DNA of 53,102 nucleotides, filler included, from Perkinsus olseni (GCA_013115125.1; 2 parts of 2 records of this genome joined end to end with filler, not necessarily neighbours in it), one strand, 5' to 3'; positions 35,399 to 47,909 are shown, counted from the whole stretch's first letter. Notes: generated by a model from the sequence alone, not told the origin. Numbers and translations: made by a program.

Positions 35399-36429
35399 GC
35401 AAATTTTCTGCGAAAATCAATATAAATCAGTATACGTAAGTCAATGTAACACGCCCAGATGGGGGGTGCCTAATAGCAATAGGGGATGCCTAACACTGGC
35501 ACTGCTCCTGCCGGCACAAGGTCGCCAAAAAAATATTATGAAAGTCGCCTGTCGGACCGGTATCACATACCGGGTACTCTCTGAAGCCTCCTAGCTTGTG
35601 GTGGAGCTGCCGGTACCGTTGCCGCTAGTAGCGGCCCGCTACCATTGGACCTGCAGAGCTCACCAACACCTGAAAGAGACAGAGAATTTCCGTCGGAAAT
35701 GCCGGTTGAGTCACAAAGCTAACTCCTAAAATGGCCCACCTTCACAAGGGCGCTCGGGAGAGCAACTGTCAATACACGACCTCGCATACCACGGCATCGT
35801 TGAGGATTGATACAACTCACTCACCGGCACAGTGCCAGCAACGATCACCACCAAGCAGACTAAGTAGACGGATGTTGATCGGACAAATTTTCAAAATCCT
35901 GAGGAAGAGAGTAACGGGACCCGTAAGCGGTTACCGTACCGCATACAACCGTTTCAAATCTTGCGCATGCATACAGGCGAGCGAGACCTTGAGCGAGATC
36001 GGGGATGTGTTTGCGCTCGCCTGCGCACGTAGGACGAAGGAAAAGTGTTGGTTAGTCCAAATCAATTGATTATTAGGCCTGCGCAGGTTAGAGCTGACCC
36101 CGCGTTTTGGCGATTTTTATGGCCCCAGTCGCTGGGGCCCAGTGGCAATACTGCGTCGAATACACCGGACTCCACCCGAGCTCTGGAGTTAAGCGGCGCG
36201 AGTCCCGGATAGTACTGCCAGCACTGTACTGGGGTGGGGAAGTTCTTAGGGTTCTCAGGCTGGCTTCCTCTATTAAGCAGAAAAAAGTTTTGCCCCCAGG
36301 GGAATGAGGTTCATGACCCTCCCCCGGAGCCCCCCGAACAATGTTCCCCCTTCCAAACCGTAGCCCCAAATCCCGAACTCATCTCAAATGAGTGTAAGTT
36401 GATTGGCCAAGACGAGTCCTCTTCCCTGC

Positions 36430-37380
36430 GGCAGTTTCGTAGCAATCCCCACCCTACCCACCGCAGAGACTCTCAGCCACTGGATGATGTTTCACGACGG
36501 AGAGGGCACCGAGGCCGAAAACGATGGTGAGGGAATACTCATACGATAGAGGGCCCAGAAGGACAACCCAAAGCATCGCGAAAGAAACACCAAAGGGCCG
36601 CTCGAGTGTAGCTCACTGCGAGGATCCTCCTTCCGAGAGTCTGCGCGATGGCCAAGTTCTCTCCTATACGACGAAAAGATGGCCCCAGGCATCCATCGGC
36701 AATCTGACTGAGAGTGAGGTCCTGCGGCCATCCACACCTGGACGCCGTCCAGTGAACGGTCCGGGCTGGACCTCCGGACTTGGAGGAAATACCGCCACCA
36801 CGGCCGTCCATCTCCTCCACCTAACACAACCAACACCTTTATCTTCTGTACCCCGCAGCGGGGGCGAGCGTGGTCAGTGACCAATGGTCACCATCGACTA
36901 AAGCCGCTCTATCTCGTAGAGGAGGCAATGGACCTCGAGGCTCTTTACCGAAGGGCACCGATCACCGACCTTTCTTTCCAGATAGAGATCTCAACTCAGG
37001 CATAGGGGTTGTTGGGTATCACAGGGACTTCACACTAACCTCCACAGGAAGGCTGTCCACCGCAGCACTCCGAACGCTGCAGCAGGGTATTGAATACCCG
37101 GTATTCCAACTGTACCTGTGACCTCGGCGACCCCCTGTGCCATGAACTTTCCAAGAGTTGTCACTACTGAGCCCTCTCTCAGCCGCGTTCTCCCTTGGTT
37201 CAAGAACCGCGCCAGGAACTACCGAATAGGTGGTTTATTACCCATCTTCACGAGCCCCTCGGAGAGCTCATCCACGCCGGTGAGCGGCTTTCCGTGAGCC
37301 CGCCACAGCGAGAAGACACTGACGCAGCAGGCCCCTCACAAGCCTTCGACCACCGTTTGAACGCAACCCCGAGGAGCGAT
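36430..37380 (-). pseudogene. Decayed, internally deleted duplicate of the 5' half of the 32172-34571 gene
   Basis: Direct DNA similarity to ~33380-33960 and ~34365-34610 (shared GATAGAGGGCCCAGAAGGACAACCCAAAG, CACTACTGAGCCCTCTCTCAGCCGCGTTCTCCC), with frameshifts. Confidence 0.85.
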
Positions 37381-38535
37381 AATACAACCCATAGGGGACG
37401 AACGCGTTACATGTGGAGTCACATACCATCCGCAACGAACCGCAGACTGATGCCGCCTTTCGTAGCCTCCTCGCCGTCTTCGGTCGAATTTTTTTCGTGG
37501 ACGTATCTAGCCGAGGACCATGCCAATCCGAAGGAATCCATGGGTTGTAGTACCTCCCTGAAACCATGTGACCCTGTCGGCATGGCATCTTCCAGTACCC
37601 CTCACCATAAGGCTTATTCTCTCTGAAATAAAGAGGGCGGTAGAGTCGATGTTGAAACCGATACTACTTGAAATCTCCAGTGTAGCGAAGACCACTAGGA
37701 AGTGTCCAAGTTCCTGTTATCAGAGACCCTTCCTTCCATTCACCCTTCAGTGAAGACCCATCCTTATACACGTACGACCCACTGCCGTGTTTCTGGCCCT
37801 TACACCAATCCCCTACACAAAGGCAATTAGAGGCGGTCAGCCGTTCAGCACCGATCGAATGCTCTTCACACGAGAGCGTTTGTCCCGTCAAGGACGTAGA
37901 TCACCAAGACGAAACGTCGGACTCGCGAAGACCTACGCACCGAGCGTCTCTTACCGGAATAGACATCACCATTATCGAACTTGTAGGTGCCGTGGCCGTG
38001 CTTCTGGCCCTCTTTGAACTGCCCATGATACGTGCCCCCACAGAGGGGTGCACGACCTGCGAACATGTCATACCGGGCCGCCAGACATCCCATCTACTAC
38101 TTTCGTCTCCTTCGCCGTCCTCTTCACCGCTCACCACCTTCTTGCCGGTGTAAACCAAACGACCCACACCGTGCTTTTCGTTCTCTTGAAACTGGCCAGT
38201 GTAAACATCGCCATTGATATACCAGTACCTACAACGTTGAGATTTGTCGCAGCACTGGCCTTTTCTCAGGCGAGCACCGCAGGCAACACTGTTGCCGCTG
38301 TTGCCGCAACAGCCATCGGACTTACGTCCCTTCCCCATGCCTAACACCTTCGTCAAAGACGCCATTATAAATTTCCCCATTAGCGTACACTGCACGGCCA
38401 CGACCATTGTAATCTCTCGAAGCATGGACAACTGTGATTGCGAGCATGGTCTCCATCGATGACGCGCACCCTCTCACCTGTACCATCCTCTAGCTCGAGG
38501 CTGTACGGTGGTGTCTCTTCTCCGTCCTGTGCCAT
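37268..38535 (-). CDS. MORN-repeat protein (RSPH1-like), multi-exon
   Basis: YANGEIYNGVFDEGVRHGEG, NGDVYTGQFQENEKHGVG, YHGQFKEGQKHGHG, DWCKGQKHGSG. The 3' end is uncertain. Confidence 0.85.
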
Positions 38536-38711
38536 GTTGGGTGATCTCTATTCATGTCGATAGCACCCGATTACCCAACGCCAACATCAGTGAGTTCAAG
38601 AGACGGCTACGAGTGCTGCCATGCACATTAGGCTGCCTTGATGCGCTCCCCAACGACTAACCGTCTCGACGTCAGAGGATCCACGACAAACGTGCGCACC
38701 TTGACGAGAGA

Positions 38712-40236
38712 CTATCTTCTATCGAAGCTCTCTGCACCTACTATGTTGTTCCTGTAGCAAAAGGAGAGGACGCAGGTGGTCAGTATATACATCGGGACCA
38801 ACAGAGAAAGGTACTGCACCCAGGCGAACTTCCATGTCTCGAAGCCTTCCATCCTGTAGTATCTGAGGGGCCGAGCGAGGCAACGGCGGAGACAGGTAAA
38901 GAAGTACACTATCTGTTCCGGAATGACAAAAGTGATGCGGGCAGTGAAATCTGTGGTGTTATCCGTTGACGACGGATTAGACCTGACCATAGGTGAGCAG
39001 CGGACCCCATGATCTCACCCAAGCTGGTGTACTGATGGTCGCTCTCGACGACCAGCCTGGGGCTTACCAAACATCTGGGAACACCCTGGTCCCAACGAGG
39101 GCGGCCCCTTGACTGGCCTGTAGGGCGCCGAGGGCAACGAGAAAGTCATAAGTCGACCCCTCTTCACTAGATAGACGGCTGCTAGCCTGCAGGTATAGAC
39201 CGAAAACACCGCACGGTCACTGCTTCCACCCACTTGCCCGAGCAAGCTCTCACTGCCAACCTGGCGGTCCCCATCGAGAGCATCCTTCTGCACTAGCTCG
39301 AGCCTCAGCCAGGCATCGAGGCGGCTGCTGCCCGATACACCAGCGGGGCGTACAAACTCGGCACCGACTACACGGGTAGCAATCGAGGACTGAGCCCGCC
39401 ACAGGGCGAAGGAGAGCACTGGTTGTTCATCGTGAGCCAATAAGAGCCCGAGGACCCTTCACTACCGACCTGCCGTGTGGGATGCAATCCGGCGTTTCTT
39501 AGAAAGCTCCATTCTGAACTCTCCCACAAAGTGAAGACTGGTGATGTCTGACAGCATGAAGACCATCGAATTGGCACTAGCGAGCTCATCACACCCCCTC
39601 TTCCATCGGGAATTGTAACTTCTAGTTGTATCTGCTCGGCACCGCCGCTCGACTGTACCATAACATCCGATGCGTTAGAGATAGGGGTGAGGCCTAGCCC
39701 TGCACTAGCCCGAGGCTGGCCGTTCGCTAGTAGCTGATAAGAGGGAGCTGCCTCACTGAAGTTGAGCATTACACTCTAGTACATAAAACGTTTCAGTGAG
39801 ATTTACTACTGGCCGCTCATGATAAGTAGCCGATCTAACCCAGAGAGCGTCGCCTTGCAGTGCTAGTATTAGAGGGACCTGTGTAGTAGCAGTACAAGCC
39901 CGTCGGTGGGAAGCGATCCGTGCATGCCAGAGGGGGAGTTCATGCACAACTGCAGCGTCTCAGCACGTGGGATGCACCATTCCCTACGGCCTGGGGTACT
40001 CCAGAATTTCTGGACCAGAAATACCCAGCGATCATCACTCCCACCCATGGCCTAGGCACGGTACTTACCACTAAACCGATGACAGCCATCACCAACCACA
40101 GACAGTATGCGCATGACCATCGACCTGAGGCGCGGTCTCAAAACTAAGCCAGTATCGAGTGCCTCCTACTGGTCGCGACGAAGTGGGCGGCATACGGCTC
40201 ACTATGAACCTTGGCAGGAAAGAAGGGCAACATCAT
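38712..40236 (-). CDS. TMEM231: Ciliary transition-zone protein TMEM231, multi-exon
   Basis: N-terminal VHSEP...TM...ALWVRSATYHERPVV and C-terminal FETWKFAWVQYLSLLVP...SFCYRNNIV match both conserved ends of TMEM231. Confidence 0.85.
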
Positions 40237-40340
40237 CGCAACTCAATAATAATCTTGGATCAAATCTTGAGTTCTCACCCTCACTTACGAATCCTCAACG
40301 ATAGAAGTGCATCCTGCCATTGGAAAGTCGCTCGTAGGAT

Positions 40341-41935
40341 ATGGCAGCATCACCCTTAGACGAGCTCATACCAGAGCTGACTAATCTAGGGCTTGATACG
40401 TCCCGAAGGGAGGCCGGCTATGGGACGCTAGCGAGGATACTCGGGAATATCCGAGATGACCCCACTGAACCCAAATACCACACCATAAAGAAATCGGCCA
40501 AGGTGAGACGAATCTTCGGGGTTGCCCTTGAAAGATACGAAATAGGTCAAGTTTTCGCGCGCATCAAGAATATTGATCATCGCCGTTCGGCAATGCAAAC
40601 TGCTTCTTCAGGTTCTCCAGAATTCCTTGTGCGATCCTCATACAGGCCAGCTGTATTCCCCGGTGAGAGGCATACTCCGAGAAGCTGGCTTCAAAGAGAC
40701 CGTGGACGCTTACGTCTGGGATTCACCTACTGACCAACAACGTGAGAACGTCACTGGTGTGCCACCGATCAACTCTCGCTTGCAGATGAGACCCTAATAG
40801 ACGCTGCCGAGCGCATAGAGGATCTCCGCGATGCCCTAGCGGCTGCCGTCAACACCGGTCCAAGTGGTAATGTGGGCAGAGTTGATTACTTGTTCTCATG
40901 CTCGACTGTCAGCTACTGGCTCTGGTACCTTCGGTAGAAGGCCTACCGCGGGACAGTCGCGGCAGTTCACTCCGCGGACGGACGTAGAGAGGAAGAGGCT
41001 CGATCACGAGAAGCAGATGAGGCAAGTCAAGGAAGCCTCCCGGGATAAGTAAATTCACCACCCGATGCTCAGTCCGCGACTAGCTGCGCTCTTCTTAGGT
41101 TTTATGGTTCAGCCTCGGTCTTGCCTTCGGGACAAAGTGCAGAGGCACGGTCGACTACCAGTTCTGAATCGCCGGAGCCTAGCGATGGCTGCCTACGGCC
41201 AACGAGCTCTGGCAAGTCCAGGCGGTCGGCATTCGATTTCGAGAGTCGTCAGGCTAGAGTGGATCGCGAGCAGCGAGCTCAAGATCAGCTCACCAAGCTC
41301 AGGGAAGAGCAGCGACGGAGGTCCTGCGGTGAAGGGGCTATCGCTTAAAATTTAGGCCTCCTTTTCTACCCTCCTCCCGCGACCCATTCGGCGGCGTCTG
41401 TTTGTCTACGTAGCCATCGGTGCGGATAGCTCTGTCGCGCCCTCCCCTTAGCTTTCAACTACGCCTATCATACTAATGTAAATGCCTGTAGCGGTGATCC
41501 CTCAGGTATCAGGAGGCAGCCGCTGACCCGCAGGCCTTCAACACGTCAGCCTACCGGAAGCCTCCAAGCATAGCACCGGGTGGTAGAGAGGAAGGCAGTA
41601 GTTGGACCAGCTGGCTGCCCTTCTTCGGGGGCTCGTCATCCTCGTCGTCACCCGGAGGTGGTAAGCTCTCTGGCTCTCTTACGTTCTTCATTGCTCACGG
41701 AATGCTAGGTGGAGGGAATGACGACCATCGTAGAGGCGGATCTTCGGGACGCCCCAACATAAAAGGGATAGGAGACCTTCCCAAACCTCCTAGAGGGGGC
41801 TGAGGTAGTATCAGGGAATAGACAGTAAAGTCAACAATATACAACTTAAGAATAGACAACTATCACTCCCTTTCTCTACCTCTCGGGGCATATGGTCAGG
41901 ATACGTGCGGCTTCTTAGGTCCGGCGGCATGCTAA
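40341..41935 (+). CDS. PUB-domain protein, candidate selenoprotein (332 aa, U327, tail GG-U-GPAAC)
   Basis: Exons 40341-40502, 40612-40756, 40801-40866, 40913-41048, 41099-41320, 41506-41660, 41709-41804 and 41919-41935 sum to 999 nt in frame, with one internal TGA (41801-41803). PUB motif TLARILGNIRDDPTEPKYHTIK...ILREAGF. Confidence 0.8.
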
Positions 41936-41960
41936 GCAGTCAGTAGCCCAAGCGCCTGTA

Positions 41961-42029
41961 GGCAACTCGCGAATGATCGCTTCGGAGCAAACCCGCGAGG
42001 GATTCCGAAACGCTGAGAAGCCAGTCGCC
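41961..42029 (+). promoter_or_regulatory. Type-2 eukaryotic SECIS element
   Basis: ATGA (41973) + 12 nt + AAA (41989); CCC-GCGA-GGG ministem; TTCCGAAACG pairs with CGCTTCGGAG; TGA at 42014; lower helix GGCAACTCGC/GCCAGTCGCC. Confidence 0.8.
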
Positions 42030-42198
42030 GTCACCAATGCGTGACAGGACTTGGGCCAAGTTTTGCTCGTCTAGCCTTGTTATGAAGCACTCCTTCGAAG
42101 CGCACTTTTGTATTGCACTATTGGCGTTGAGATGGTTAGGAACCGTCGGTTACTAGCGATCGACAGGCGTCTTGTGAACGCAGTCGTATCGAGGCTGT

Positions 42199-43844
42199 CT
42201 ATACATCATTACTTGACGTTATATCGATTCCGAGCCGCTGTGCTCTGAGTTTAGTATCCGCGGTGGGCCTGGGGGTACAGTCGATCTTCGCCGATCCGTA
42301 GGTGGTCCGATGTTCCGTCACTCCACAACTGAGACCTCTCTGCGTCTGGAGGTCATCATAAGCCTCGTTGACGCTTCTCCTGTGGGACAGCAGATGGCCC
42401 ATCTCATTACCACTGACAAGGCTTGTGAGGTACGAGCCACTTCCCCGAGGCGATGATCTGGCATTCGGCGTGCCTCAGCTGTCCCTTCGACTAACTCTCA
42501 TGGAGTATCCCGTACTGGCTATAGTACCCCCAGCGGTTGACATAGATACCACTCATGTGATTGACTTCGGCGGGCGGGGGAAGTCTTGGTGAGATTCCTG
42601 GAGACTTTGGAAGGCTGTAGTGAAGCGATATTTCTTCGCAGTGACTTTACGATCAAGGCGGGCTCCGTGGGGGTCGAACCTGTGCCTTTGTGGCTACTAC
42701 TGGTAGTAGGAGGGTTCGTAGATGTTTCATCGATCCATACCGAGGCTGTAGATCGTCAATCAGCGAAGCAGGTTCTCCGGGTGGGAGAAGAGGATCAATA
42801 CTTGCTCGCCACCGGATGCTTCGACATGCGCAAGTACGTAGAGAAAGCAGTCCTCGGTCCAGCAGAAGTGGCTTCCTTCGACAAGCTCACAGTGGCATTG
42901 GCTCCTACCACTGGTTAGCTCGTTCCTATCTTTCGCGGAAATGTCACGTAGCACTCGGCAGGTGCCCAACCACCTGTAGAGGTCTCACTTTACCTTCGGA
43001 TGTCGAGAGTCGGTAGCAGCACGACGGCTTCGAGGGCTGTTGAAATCATCGAACTGCGCCCACCAGCGATTGTCTGTGCCACTGCCAATGTGGGCACTGA
43101 CCCCTTGGTAGAGGAGCATACAATTGAAGAAGGCCAACGGACTGCAGTCGCCGCCACAGTAGCCGAAAGAGGCGCGAGGAGCGCCGCAGCTACTACCAGC
43201 AGGGGGCAGGGACCAGTTGAGGCAGCGACTACGAGGAGAGGGAGATCGCACAGCACCGGCCTGAGTCCCGGGAACTTGCGTCGACGGCTCTCTCGAAGTG
43301 TAGAGGAGCAGCTTAGAAGATCCACGGACAGGCATAGAGCCCACTCAAGGAGCCTCTGTAAACTCTCGCCTGTGTTGAAAATGTGCTGAGTTTTCGTCTG
43401 CAGCCCGGAGGCGGTCGAGGTCACCGCCTCTCACAGCACTGCGGGAGCTCAATCGGAGGGGACGAGAGCACTTCGGCTCGGTTCTACGTAGTTTGGCAAG
43501 TGTAGCCGCGCGTAGCTCGTATCGGCCCAGGTCGCAGCACGAGCGAAAAAGGCCTGCGGTTATCAGCACCTTTTGAGGCTGGCGTAGCTCCTCGGCTACC
43601 GTCAACTGCTCCCACACTTCACGATGTGCTAGCTGACGCTGATGATCAATACGGAAGGGATCGAGTCGAGCCAGTAGCTGTGATCCAACTCGAGGCCGAG
43701 TCGTGTAGCCTCGCGATTGCAGATGGTCGCCCCTGCCGCACCATCAAGGCCCACTCCGTCGCGGCGGCGAGTTCCGCTAGTGAAGACGCTGTCCCTGATA
43801 CAAGAGTTATCGGATGAGTTGGTGAAGATACAAAAGATGACCAT
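42199..43844 (-). CDS. Multi-exon hypothetical protein
   Basis: Consecutive minus-strand ORFs with helical composition (VWEQLTVAEELRQPQKVLITAGLF...). No family recognised and boundaries approximate. Confidence 0.35.
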
Positions 43845-44207
43845 GTCTAAACCTGCTAGCGCAGGCGAAAGGGTAACTTGTTTCTGTTGCGGAGCGGAGG
43901 TGAGCGGGGACAGGGTTTTAAAAGTCAGTAGCGCCGTAGTAGGTACCGATCGGCAAGGCTGATGTCCACGCAAGGAAGAGATGTCTTCGCGTACTGCCTA
44001 GTGTTCTGTCGCCGGCCAGTGTAGACGATCATAGATGTCGTCGAGAATCTCGGCAAGTTTGGCGTTAGCGATATGCACTGTAAATTGACCCACATTCAAT
44101 GTAACATGACAGAATCCTATACACTATGAGGCTGCTTGGAGCGGAGTACTCAAGAGTACGGGAGGCTACCGGTGTTACCCGGACTCGATTTTAGTTCTTT
44201 CTTTTCT

Positions 44208-45673
44208 ATGCACGCTGGCTCCACAGGCGTTCTTGGGGCTACTGCCTCGTTGGTGGTTACTTGTGTGGGCGTTGGTGTATTAGGCCTTCCCAAGGTCATG
44301 CAACAGTCCGGTTGGATAGGAGGTTTTATAATTCTATTCGTAGCCGGTCTGGCATCTATGTGGATGGCTATGCATCTTTGCGATGCATGTGTGGCCCTGA
44401 AAAAAGGCAGCGAGTACCCCTCCTTCCAAGACGTGGGTATGCGTACCTTCGGGATAGCAGGCAAACTGGCTGTTGTCCTCTGTATGGATATTTTCATGGT
44501 CGGTCTTTGCGTCATTATGTTAATACTATTCGCCCAGAACACCATGCGATTGTGGCCTGGTGGATTAACACAGGACTGGTGGGTCCTCATTTACGCTTGC
44601 CTGATGGTTCCTTTTGTGTGGATCCGCTCGATGAAGCTCATCGGTTGGCTGTCATCGGTTGGCGTCATCTCTATTATCGCTACTTGTATAGTCATCGTCA
44701 TAGCCAGTGCTACCAACGCTGTGAAGGAGGGCGATACTTTGGAATATCACCTTTTCAATGACCAGCTTGGCAGCGCTATGGCAACTCTTATGACATCTTT
44801 CGGTCTCACGAGCATGCTATCAGCAGTTCTCGATGGCTTGGGAGACCCGAGTAAATTCACCAAAGCTCTCATTTGGGCTTTTGCTATAATATTCGCCGTC
44901 TACATCGGCATCATGGCTGCTGGTTATGCGGGCTACGGTGATGGCATAGCCCAGTATGGTGATATAGTGAGCGCTATTTCGACCTCTACGGGGAAACTTA
45001 ACTGGGCTGGCTATGCCATTATCGTTTGTATCTTAGTACTATGTGCTACCCATTTCCTCGCTCTCTTCACCCCAGTGGCCATGGATTGCGAGAGGCTTAT
45101 CCCAGAGAAGGCTCCATTGCGTCGTCTGATATCCTACTCTATACGAACGGCCCTCGTGGCATTGTGTGCACTCCTTGCCACAGTCGTTCCTGGCGTCATG
45201 ACTCTCATATCTATTCTGGGAGCTATTCTTGGGATGCCGTGTGTAAGACGGTCGGAGAGCTAACGTGTGAACTCGAATGCGTGCTTCTGAAAGTCCTGCA
45301 GTAGTCCTCCCGACTGTCTGGTGATGAATATATGATAATGCGGGAACTGTCGAATCTGGATCGAGCAGATAGAGCTGTGAAATCGGCAGCCTTTTACCGA
45401 GCAGATGCCGCCAAGTGATTGTGATGTGTTTCAGGTTATGTTACTTCCTCTCTTCTTTTACTGGAAGGCCTGTTTTGTCGACACTGCTGGTCTACGTTCC
45501 ATCTACTCCGGGCGTATTGTTCATTTCATCGGAGAGATTCTGATTATCCTGCTCTCCATCTACACCTTAGTCTTCGGTCTGTAAGTTGAAGTCTGTTGCC
45601 AACCACCGGCCCTTGCGATCGACTTTTCGAAGAATGCGTGCTTGTCAGGTACCAAACGATTACAAGCATGTAG
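44208..45673 (+). CDS. Amino-acid transporter (Aa_trans/AAAP family), copy 1
   Basis: TCVGVGVLGLPKVMQQSGWIGG, YPSFQDVGMRTFG, GYAGYG; ~10-11 TM segments; two 3' introns, ends LYQTITSM*. Confidence 0.92.
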
Positions 45674-46466
45674 GAATCTTCAACCGCGACCCTTCCACTG
45701 CTAGTTACTCACCGTTTCTGCTGATGCAACATACTTTCATCCCAAAGTCTGCCTCTTGAGTTACTTCAACGCTTCTAGGCAACCTCCCGAGTGAATAAGT
45801 ATGTTGCGGCTATTCTCGCCCAGCGTTGAGTCATTAATAGTGGCTAATCGCTGGGATCGGCTTTCAGTGGAGAAAAAGTGCCAACATCAGTGTTATATAC
45901 TTCGTCAAGCGGCTCCTTCATGCTAATACAACGTACGCTGCAAGGGTGGCTGGGACAAAGTGAATGCGTATCGTGTATGCGTGCTAGTTCTGCAATTTCG
46001 ATCGCGCTATTCTCGGCGCGGTTGTCTTCCTGAGTCTCTGCGCAACGACTTCATAATAGTAGCATCTGTGAGACCATACCTCCTCAACAAGGACTGCTTA
46101 CAATGCATCTCGTCTAGGCAAGGAAGATGGACTGAGTAATCGCTGAGCACCTGGGAACTGGCTTGGTGGAAGATCGGCGGATGAAGATACGAGAATAGAG
46201 GTCGCTAGAAATGTTGCGAGGCTCGGGGGAGTTACCGATGATTTATAAGTGCCGAGGCAACCAAACGGAGCCGAGCTTAATCGGCAGTAAATCATGGTTT
46301 TTCCGGTTCTCTGACCAGGTCGGGAAGCTCTTTAGCGGAGCATTGAATGGGAAGAGTTTATCGCAACGCAGTTTGATATGACGGTTTCTTGACTGCAATG
46401 AGGCTGGTCCGAACAGACTACTTGCGGAAACGGTTAGCGTCTCTCGATCTCAGTTCTGTCTCTTTT

Positions 46467-47909
46467 ATGCACGCAGGCTCCACGGGCCTCGTAGGGGCCA
46501 CTGCCTCGTTGGTAGTTACTTGTGTAGGCATCGGTGTATTGGCCCTTCCCAAGGTCATGCAAGAGTCCGGTTGGATAGGAGGTTTTATAATTCTATTCGT
46601 AGCCGGTCTGGCATCTATGTGGATGGCTATGCATCTTTGCGATGCATGTGTGGCCTTGAAAAAAGGCAGCGAGTACCCCTCCTTCCAAGACGTGGGTATG
46701 CGTACCTTCGGGATAGCAGGCAAACTGGCTGTTGTCCTCTGTGTGGATATCTTTATGGTCGGCCTCTGCGTCATTCTATTAATTCTGTTCGCCCAGAACA
46801 CCATGCGATTGTGGCCTGTTCTAACACAGGACTGGTGGGTTCTGATTTACGCCGGCCTGATGGTCCCTTTTGTGTGGATCCGCTCGATGAAGCTCATCGG
46901 TTGGCTGTCATCGGTTGGCGTCATCTCTATTGTCGCTACTTGTATAGTCATCGTCATAGCCAGTGCTACCAACGCTGTCAAGGAGGGCGATCCATTGGAG
47001 TATCACCTTTTCAGTGACCAGCTTGGCAGCGCTATGGCAACTCTTATGACATCCTTCGGTCTCACCAGTATGTTGTCAGCAGTTCTCAATGGCTTGGGAG
47101 ACCCGAGTAAATTAAATAAAGCTATCATCTGGGCTTTCACTATAATCTCTGCCGTGTACGTCAGCGTGATGGCTGCTGGTTATGCGGGCTACGGTGATGG
47201 CATAGCCCAATATGGTGATATAGTGAGCGCTATTTCGACCTCTACGGGCAAGCTCAACTGGGCTGGCTATTCTATCGTCGTTTGCATCTTAGTGGTGTGT
47301 GCGACGCATTTCCTCGCCCTCTTCACTCCAGTTGCCCTGGACTGCGAAAGGCTCATCCCAGAGAAGGCTCCGTTGCGCCGGTTGATGTGTTGTTGTACAC
47401 GGACTGTCCTTGTGGCAGTATGTGCACTTCTTGCCACACTCGTGCCTGGCGTCACGACGTTGATATCTTTCTTGGGTGCCATTCTTGGGATGCCATGTGT
47501 AAGCAGGGGTTGTCTTGCGCTGTCGCTGCTCCTCTTATAGCCTATTTGAATGTGTATCAATGAATGTACGTAATAGCATATGAATGCTGTTCTATCGTGC
47601 AAGTCGTAGGAGACCCTGCCCGGTTCGACTGTGGGAGTTGCAGCCGTTTCCCGAGTCGATCGATGCCGCCAGGTCATGGAGATGTCTTCAGGTTATGTTA
47701 CTTCCTCTCGTCTTTTACTGGAAGGCCTGTTTTGTCGACACTGCCGGTCTCCGTGCCATCTACTCTGGGCGTGCTGTTCCTTTCATTGGAGAGATTCTGA
47801 TTATTCTACTCTCCATCTACACCTTAGTTTTCGGGCTGTAAGTTGATGCGGAGCTGTACGCACTGAGACTTGCCTGTTGGTCAGGTACCAAACGATTACA
47901 AGCATGTAG
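46467..47909 (+). CDS. Amino-acid transporter (Aa_trans/AAAP family), copy 2
   Basis: Tandem duplicate of 44208-45673 with the same intron positions. Confidence 0.92.
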
